DNA of 64,000 bases from the human T2T-CHM13v2.0 reference genome, Homo sapiens, in assembly GCF_009914755.1 (NCBI RefSeq), contig NC_060938.1. One strand, written 5' to 3'. The notes beneath the pieces are model-generated. The model made no database searches and was not told where the DNA came from. It worked only from the letters and a program-made list of their open reading frames with translations. The first letter of the stretch is position 1. Each line of letters starts with the position of its first letter. Shown piece after piece: positions 55,446-64,000 of this stretch. The translations under genes were made by a program, and so were the position numbers.

Positions 55446-57709
55446 TTTGCAGCCATCCATCCAGTGCCCCAAAATATACCTGCCAATAGGTGTTCAGTAA
55501 GCATTGGTTGAATCAATATTAGTTTTCTCTTATGGAGGAATATCTTTCTGGAGTAGTCAAGACAAAAGAATAATCATCCAGAATTTGGAAACATTAAGCC
55601 TGTAATAAGAGTTATAATCATTCATGGACCACACTACTTCAAACTGCAAAGAAAGCAAAAATGCTTATAAGTAGGCAATTAAATTGAACATTAAACCTAA
55701 TGAGTTACATTAAATAATAACTAGGAATACCTGTTTGAGATGTTACAAACCACAAAGCCTACCAAATACTTCACCGTTACCTCTCTCAGGTCTGGAAGAG
55801 GCCATTTATTTTCTACCACATACACATATTTCAAAAAATGGAAGTTTCACTATTAATTACCCTAATTACCAAGGCAGCAGATAAAGCAAGCAATCTCCTT
55901 GCTCCCCTCTCCTCATCCCCCATCCCTCCCACCAAGAAAAAAGGCTCATTAGAACTCTACCACCATTCTATAAGATAGGTCCCAATTTTATGAATGAAGA
56001 AATGTAAAACTTTAGAGAAAGAAATTAACCTGCATAAATCCACAAAGTGAAGTAGCAGCATCAGAAGTAAGATCCAGGCCTCCTGATACCAAAGGGTGTT
56101 GTTCTTTACCACTTCCCTCTGGTGACATTGAATGTGTATATTTGATAGCTGGGAGATTCTAGCTGGCTGAAATACCCCAGTTAGAACTTTTGATTATCCT
56201 TATGTGGCTACCTTTTATATAGAAAATATATCTTTTCCTTCTACTTAGGTGTTAGTAACATAGGGTGGTACCAAGAACCACCATTTTTATGTGTGGTAAC
56301 TTCAAAAAAAGTGTAAATATTTGGATATGAACAAAATAGATCCTCATTAATAGCTCAGGCTATGCAAATGAATTGTCTTAGAGGCTGTCTTGGCATTTCA
56401 CAGTAATTTGGTTAAACTATCAAAGAGAAAGCCACCTTTAAATCTGTCCATGGTAGAGTTCACTCATTCACTAGTATCTGCTTGACCCAAGAACCTATTT
56501 TCTTGCACACATGGAAGCATGCATTCTACAAAGCCAGCTGAGGTGAGGTCCCCTGCATGAATGAGAGCTGGTGGTGGCACTCCCTTGGAAATACCCCAGG
56601 CACCTGTGTTGCTCTCATGAAGACCTGGCTAGTCTGGAGCTCAGACAGAGAACTGCTATTATTTGTTCTTAAAGGAGCACAACAGGCATTTTAAAATCCT
56701 GTTAATTGTGTTTCTGAACCTTAGTTTTCTCGTCTGTGAAAGAATAATTTAAAAGATACCCTTTGAGTATGTGTGACCATGAGAATAGAGGACCCTGTAT
56801 GAAGTATGGGGCATAGAAAGCACAGACACGTAAGAAGATGGGACTGTCACAGCACAGTTCCTGTTTTCTAATAATTTTTAGAGTGAGTCTGTTGAGAAAT
56901 AAGTGTTTCAGGATAATGGTTCCTCTTTATTTTCTGTTCCTGAGGCATTGCTGTGTTAGTCAAGCATTTGATGGACTCCCAAGTCTCTGAGAATCCTGCT
57001 CCATAGTTCTCACATTGGGATTTGAGGAGGCTTGTAGAAAGCAAGTGGCCCACACATCTAAGTGGGAGAAGGCAGCGTGGGCAAGATCTCTGTGGTAGCC
57101 AAAGATGCCTCTGTTTCCTGGAGGCGAAAGGCCATTAATCACCAGCAGGAAGAGAAGTGAAAAAGGAGACTGCTGCTGCATTGATAGGGCTTATGCCAGA
57201 CACACAGAGCAAGCCCATGTTTTTTCTCTGCATCCTTGGGATTTCTTACAGTGCTTGGCACATAGTAGGAGTTTGGTAAATGTTTGCTGAGTTATTGAGT
57301 TGCAGAGTGACAGCTGTGGGTGGAGGAGGAAGGATGGGCTAGTATTGGTAGGAATTCATGGACTAGTGGGGGTGCATGGATTGGTATGAGTGTGGATGCA
57401 AGGTGCACGTGGTTATAGCCTTCATTCTTATTGCTTGCTTGATTTTGCCTGGCAAGATCCACTTCATATCCATGATATAGTGAGACTGTCATCCTAGTTT
57501 CACATTATTGTGTGTCTATTCCATTGGGCTTTGGTCGGTTTGGCTTTTTTGTTTTGTTTTATAATTTATGTTTGTAATTTTATCTCCACCTCTAGCACAA
57601 GACCAATACACATAGTAAATGCTTGATAAAAATTCGTTGCCTAAACAAAAACTTGCTCAGCCTACAAAACTATGGGTCCGTCATATGGTTGTGGGCTGAT
57701 CTTACAAAA

Positions 57710-57900
57710 TAACAATCAGCATTTGTTAAGCTTTTTGCAAATCAAAGTCCTTTAAGAGATGTTGGGTGGTATTATGCCCATTTTATAGATGAGGAAACCG
57801 AGTGGAAACGAGGTTCAGTCACTTGCCCTAAGTCAGATAGTCATTGAGGAGCCAAGATTTAAACTCAGATCTTTTCTGACCCCAAAGTCCTTGTGCTGTT
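57710..57900 (-). mobile_element. MIR
   Basis: cccattttatagatgaggaaaccgag...acttgccctaagtca. Confidence 0.8.
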
Positions 57901-58217
57901 TTATATAGCACAAGGTGGGGAATAAACAGAGACCCTACCCTTGAGATCATTTCAGTTGTATTGGAGAGATGATAGGAATAAATAGAAAATTAGCAATAAA
58001 AGATGTTAAATGATAGTTTAGGAAAAAATGCAGGGGATTTTGTAAGTCAGATTTGGTAGCAAATAGATGATGAAGACAGTAAGCACATTATAGTTTAGTT
58101 CAGAGACAGCATTTTATCATCAGATCTGGAAGAGACAGGCTTCAGGAAATAGGAATAAACTTTAAAGGTGCAAAAAGGGATAATGGCAAAGTTTTCAGAT
58201 GAAAGGTGTTAATAATA

Positions 58218-58541
58218 CAGTCACGTGTCACTTAATGACCAGGATACATTTGGAGAAATGTATCATTAGGTGATTTTGTTGTTGTGTGAACACCCTAGAG
58301 TGTACTTACACAACCTAGATGGTATAGCCTACTGTACACCTAGGCCATGTGGTATAGTGCTCCTAGGCTACAAACTGTGCAGCATGTTACTGTACTGAAT
58401 ACTGTAGGCAATTGTAGCGCAGTGGTGTTTTGTACTTAAATATATCTAAACATGGAAAAGATACAGTAACAATATGGTGTTATAATCTCATGGGACCCCC
58501 TTCATGTATGTGGTCCATCACTGACTTGTGGTGCATGACTG
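58218..58541 (-). mobile_element. Tigger3a-like DNA transposon
   Basis: TIRs cagtcacg.../...catgactg; TA TSD on both sides; ctagatggtatagcctact internal motif. Confidence 0.88.
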
Positions 58542-60956
58542 TAATTGGTTATTAAAACAATTGTTTGATTTCAGAGTAAGGGCTAATATAAACTCCTTAT
58601 AGTTAAAGCCGTCTCAGACCACCCTAGCTAAAATAATAACTCCTGCCCCTTCTCATTGCTCTTCATTGTCTTACTTGCCCTATTTTTGATCACAGCTTTA
58701 TCACCATGACATTGCATTATATGTACTTATATATTGTCTGTCTCCCTCTGCTAGAATATACATTCCATAAAAGCAGGGACTCTTTTATTTCCTGTTGTAG
58801 ATTCAGCATCTGTCACAGATTCTGATTCATATTAATTGTTTAAGAACTATTTGTGAAATGAAGGAAGAAAATGCATTTTAAAAATGAGTTGCAAACTCAA
58901 ACACTCAATAGACCAGTTAGGTAAAGGAAATGAGGGAAGCAAGTGAGGTTTCTTCCACAATAGTAACAAGTTGTAATTTTTACAAATCAAAAGCATGTTT
59001 TGTTTGTACATTACACAGATAGAAAGTTTTTACTCCCAGAAATACATTTATATCTATTTTTCTTGAAATATGGGGTCATCTGACTCATTGTCAAGAGAGA
59101 CCTGGATACCAAATAAGATTTCCTTTTTTCTAGAAGCAGAACAGCCATCCACGTGTGATGATGAATGGCACCTGACCTTGGATCTCAGGGTTGGGGTTGC
59201 ATTAGGGACAGGTGGAGAATGTGTTTAAGCGAGAAGTATGTGCTGCTCAGAAAGCCCTGTTGTTGCCAAATTTTAATTCATTTAAAAATTATTAACCAAT
59301 TTCAATTAGAAAAATATTATGTATATCTACACTGCCCAATCCAAGAGAAACACCTTTTGAGCTGGCTGTATTTTATGGTGTGACCTCTGTAGAAAAAAAA
59401 GATTAAATAACATATGCAATATATTTTCTCCTTAAACTTCTATGGAAATGCTACAGTGTTTAGATTCCAAATCAAGCAGGAAGATGCCATTATATTATTT
59501 TGCTGACCATACATCCTAATACAAAGACTGATTCAGCAGCTGGTCAAAATAGAAAGGACACATTCACAAAGAATAAATATATTGATTACATTTTAGACTT
59601 TTTTTTAGGTGAAGGGACTTTCATTTTCAGGATAGCAGGTAGTTTAGGGCTTGGCTGTTGGTTTCTGCCGATAGCCAGGGGTATGTGACAGGAGACAAAG
59701 TAGCTGAACTCTCTTGATCTGCATTCTTCCCAGTTGCAGAATAGGGCTGAGAAATTGTGATTGCTTTGAGATGGTTACTGAAAGAGAGTGTGTACCTGGA
59801 AACAATCTCTGGTTTAGTCAACTATTAATGGGGTTGCGGGGGCGGGATGTTCCGTACCCCAGGTCACAGCTGGCCTGGGGTCTCTGCTGCTCCTCCCCAC
59901 TCCTTGTCCTGCTGGTCCGTGTCAGACAGTGCATCTATCTTCCTACCAAGGACTCATTTCCAGATAATGATTAATTGGATATGGCTCCTGTGTTCAAGAA
60001 ACTTAAAATTCTGAAGAAGGAAAACAAATGGAGAGACGGAATGTGGTAAGCAAGGCCTATATATGGAAAGTTAGGGAGAGATGACTTCCTGCTGAGGGAT
60101 TTCACTGAAGAGGCTAAGTAGATGAATTGGACCTTGGAGGACCTAGAGGTCTGGGGCCTGCAGAAATGGGGCCAGGGGACAGAGATGGCAAGAATGTACT
60201 TGGGGCATTTCAATGTAAACAAAATTATACAGGTGATCAAATGCAAGGAATGTGCAAAGAATATTTAATACCCCCCATACAGAGTGAGGTCCTTAAAAAC
60301 CTTTCTGGCAGGAGGAGTCCGTGTTGATGAACTTAAAACTTTAATGAAAACAAGGATAGGGGAAACCTAGGTTTAAGCAAAACTGTTCAATAAGTATTTG
60401 TCATATTTACTGAAAGTAAAATGAGAAAACAAAAGTAGATTATGAGTGACATTTTACTCACCTTATGTTGGTAAGAGCAGTGTGCCACAGTGAATTTCCA
60501 GTTACTTCTTGCTGTTTTTCAGGCTGTCAGCCCCCCTTACAGTGAAATGCTTACAGGTAGTTTTGCTTTATTACAGTTAGTGTACAATTCTCATGCACAA
60601 GGGCACTCCTCCATGCCAGGCTCACTATACAAATGTTCAATGCCTTTCAGTCAGAGAGGCTGACTGCTGACTCCTGGGTCTCCCTGTGGCTAAAGGGTAA
60701 AGTGGATAGATACATCTTGGGGTAAACTTTATTTAACTTAGTTGGCATGACTGATCAGGAAGTCCTCAGATACCTCACCCCCATGCCTAGGGTATTTAGT
60801 GTCATGCCAAAGCATATGCTGCCAATTCCAGGTTTTCATTTTTTGGTTTCCTTTAAGCTTTCAAAAGCTTCTCTGCAAAAATCACTTCCGCTGCCTGCCA
60901 TCTGCCTTAAAACCCCCTCCCCCACTTAAAAAAAATCTGTTTCTAATCCCAAGAGT

Positions 60957-61153
<197 letters not shown>

Positions 61154-61979
61154 ATCATATTGCCTAGACTGGTGCGAGATTCTTATATTTTCTAATTATT
61201 CTTAAAATGACCAATTGACTATCAAAAATGTATTTGGAAATAGGTATAAGTTGAACTTTGCTTATTGGGAATTCTTGGTTGGGGGAGTTTTCTGTAGTTG
61301 AGATTACCATGTTGTTGGGTATATGAAGATGAACAGTGACGGATAAAACTAGAAGTGCAAGTTGAGGCCAGTGTGCGAAGGAACTTGAATGCCATATAAT
61401 AGTGTTGATAGTGATGGGGATTTAGTCTTCTCTCTGATGCAGACTAAACAAAAAAATACCAATAACCCAACTGAACTGAAGCAAAATCCAAGTATCTCGA
61501 GCAGAAATAAATTTATCTGACCACATAATCTGAGAATTCAGGCTTAGCTGGATCCAGGGTCTTAGATGATGTGGTCAGCACTCTTACTCAACACCTTGTC
61601 TTCTTGACTTCCTCCTTCTATGGCACGAGAGAAGAAGAAGATGGTCACTAATATTTCTACCCTCACATCTTTTCAACAGTCACCTCACAGGGGAGGAATC
61701 TTCTTTCTTCCAGCGTCCTTATCTCAGTCTCAGGGAAGGACTTTGGTCCTGATTAGTCACATGTCTACGATGGTTCGATCTGTGTGTCTGATAATGAGGC
61801 ATACTCTGGCCAGGACAGTCCACAGTGGTAACAGACACAACCTCTGGCTCCTTCATCATCCCTGCAATTATAACCCTGCCATGATGTCATTTTTTGCATC
61901 ACTGTATGTGAGAGGGCTGCAATGCCACCTTGAGAACCCAATATGCTGCATCCTTCCTCCAGATCTGCATTTATTTGCA

Positions 61980-62213
61980 CTATTCTTTTTCAAACATACA
62001 GTTCTACTGAAGTATAACATATTTACAGAAAAGTATTCAAATCATTGTTCAATAAATTTTCAAACAGTAAACACATCCATGTTATCTCTCCGAGATCAAG
62101 AAAGAGAATATTACCGTTCTTCCAGAAACCACCTCATGGGCCCTCCCAGTAAGTACATATTTCTTTTTTCCCATTGGTAACCGCTAAGCTGATTTCCTTT
62201 CTCTCTCTCTCTC

Positions 62214-62244
<31 letters not shown>

Positions 62245-63600
62245 ATGAGGTCTCACTGTGTTGCCCAGGATGGCCAGGAACTCCTAGGCTCAAGCAGTCC
62301 TCCCACTTCAGCCTCTCAAGTAGCTACCACTAACCTGATTTCTAACACTGTAACTTTCTCTTTTTTGAAACAAATGAAATAAATATGAAATCATACATAT
62401 ATGCCTGTACACTTTCTTTCTAGATCCTTATGCACAACATTGTTTGTGAAATTCATCTATGTTGCAATGTGTAGCAGTAGACTATTTTTATTACTATATA
62501 GTATTCTACTTTGTGATATTCCACAAACTATTCATCTACTGTTGAGGGACATTTGGGATATTTCTGGGTTAGACATATTATGAATAGTGCTGCTATGAAT
62601 ATTTTTGTATGTGTTTTGTGACACACATATGAATGTGTTTCTGTTTGATATACACACCTAAGACTGGATTGCTGGGCCATGGGGTGTGCATATGTTCAGC
62701 TTTATTCGATCCTTACAAAGAGTTTTCTTAAGTGGCTGCACCAATTTATATTCCTATCATCAGTTCATGAGTGTTTCAGTTTCTTTATATCATTGGTAAG
62801 ACTTGAGATTGTTAAATGTTTGAATTTTAGCCATTCTGGTGGGTGCGTAGTGATGTCTTATTATGGCTTCAATTTGCATTTTTCTGGTGACTGATGATGA
62901 TGTGCCTTTTTAATTTTTTTTTGCCACTTTTATTTGTCTTTTGCAGTGCCTATTCAAGCTTATTGCCTATTTTAAATTAGATTTTTAATCTTTTTCTCAT
63001 TGAGTTGTAGAAATCTTCTTTTAAAAACAAATTTTTAATACAAATACTTTTGCCTGTCATATGTATTTAAAATATCTTTTCCCGGCTCTAGTGGTTTGCC
63101 TTTCACTCTCTTTTGATGAATTGGAGATCTCACTTTGAATATAATCTAACTTATCAGTCTCTTTCTTTATGGTTATTGTTTCCTGTGCCTACTTAAGAAA
63201 TTGTTGCCTACCCTAAGGCTATGAAGCTACTCTGTTTTAATTTATAGAAGCTCTATTTTTTTTTTTTTTTTTTTGCCTTTTAGCCTTTTATCTTTAGGTT
63301 GTAAAAATCTACCTGTGGATGATTGTTGTTTGTGGTGTGATAAAGGCATCCATATTTGTTTTGTTTTACTTATGGATATCCAATAAACCCAGCACCACTT
63401 ATTGAAAAATCTCTTCATTTCTACTACTCTGAAATGTCACCTTTGTTATCAGTCACATTTGTGGTCTGTCTCTGTGTTTTCTAGTCCATTCCATTTTTCT
63501 ATTTCTCTAATATAATATTGATAACGCACTGTCTTAATTACGTGAGCTTTATAGGAGGTCTTGATATTCAGTAGTGTGCACCCTCTAGTTTGTTCTTATT
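61980..63600 (-). mobile_element. Old L1M element, with an Alu monomer inserted at ~62195-62325
   Basis: tgaatagtgctgctatgaatatt, ttcaatttgcatttttctgg and ccagcaccacttattgaaaa; the Alu piece is flanked by ctaa(g/c)ctgatttc. Confidence 0.82.
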
Positions 63601-63612
63601 TAAGAATAACTT

Positions 63613-64000
63613 CTAAAGAACAAAGCTGGAGGCATCACTCTACCTGACTTCAAACTATACTACAAAGTGACAGTCACCAGAACAGCATGGTATTGGTACA
63701 AAAAACAGACACATAGACCAATGGAACAGAATAGAGATCTCAGAAATAAGACTGCACATCTACAACCATCTCATCTTCCACAGACATGACAAAAACAAGC
63801 AATGGGGAAAGGATTTAATAAATGGTGCTGGGAGACATGGCTAGCTATATGCAGCAAACTGAAACTGGACCTCTTCCTTACACCTTATCCAAAGATTAAC
63901 TCAAGATGGATTAAAGATGTAAAGTAAAACCAAAAACTATAAAAACCCTAGAAGAAAATCTAGGCAATACCATTCAGGACATAGGCACAGGCAAAGATTT
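63613..64000 (+). mobile_element. L1P ORF2 fragment, runs off the window
   Basis: aagaacaaagctggaggcatcactctacctgacttcaaactatactacaa ([16 protein letters not shown]). Confidence 0.93.

Noticed and set aside
60523-60556. Possible small exon (tttttcag|...cag|gtagtt); similar isolated acceptors near 29857, 40213 and 41741
   Set aside because: Donors are weak or absent, and such sites are common by chance.
61620-62180. 186-aa ORF
   Set aside because: Runs across MLT1 and L1 remnants; no domain.

Overview
Primate (human/ape-like) genomic DNA with no intact cellular protein-coding exon that I can support. About 45 kb of repeat-dense intergenic sequence (Alus, ERV1/ERV2/MaLR solo LTRs, L1, L2, MIR, DNA transposons) precedes a CpG-island promoter at ~45.4-46.3 kb. 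The island has two + strand splice donors, consistent with alternative non-coding first exons of a gene I cannot name from sequence alone. Its presumed first intron holds an antisense, two-LTR HERV-L (MLT2A) provirus (49432-55354) with degraded gag/pro/RT/RNaseH but an open 343-codon integrase-dUTPase frame. The least explained items are: (i) a diverged ~420-bp duplicated unit (24933-26049 / 33527-33950) not recognised as a transposon, with perfectly conserved blocks, where one copy carries a later LTR; (ii) a 14-bp-periodic CAGGTG E-box array in the promoter; (iii) a candidate 30-nt micro-exon; (iv) several datable nested insertions. I found no convincing evidence of a wholly new biological system. 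Repeat subfamily names come from recalled consensus sequences, not from a search.
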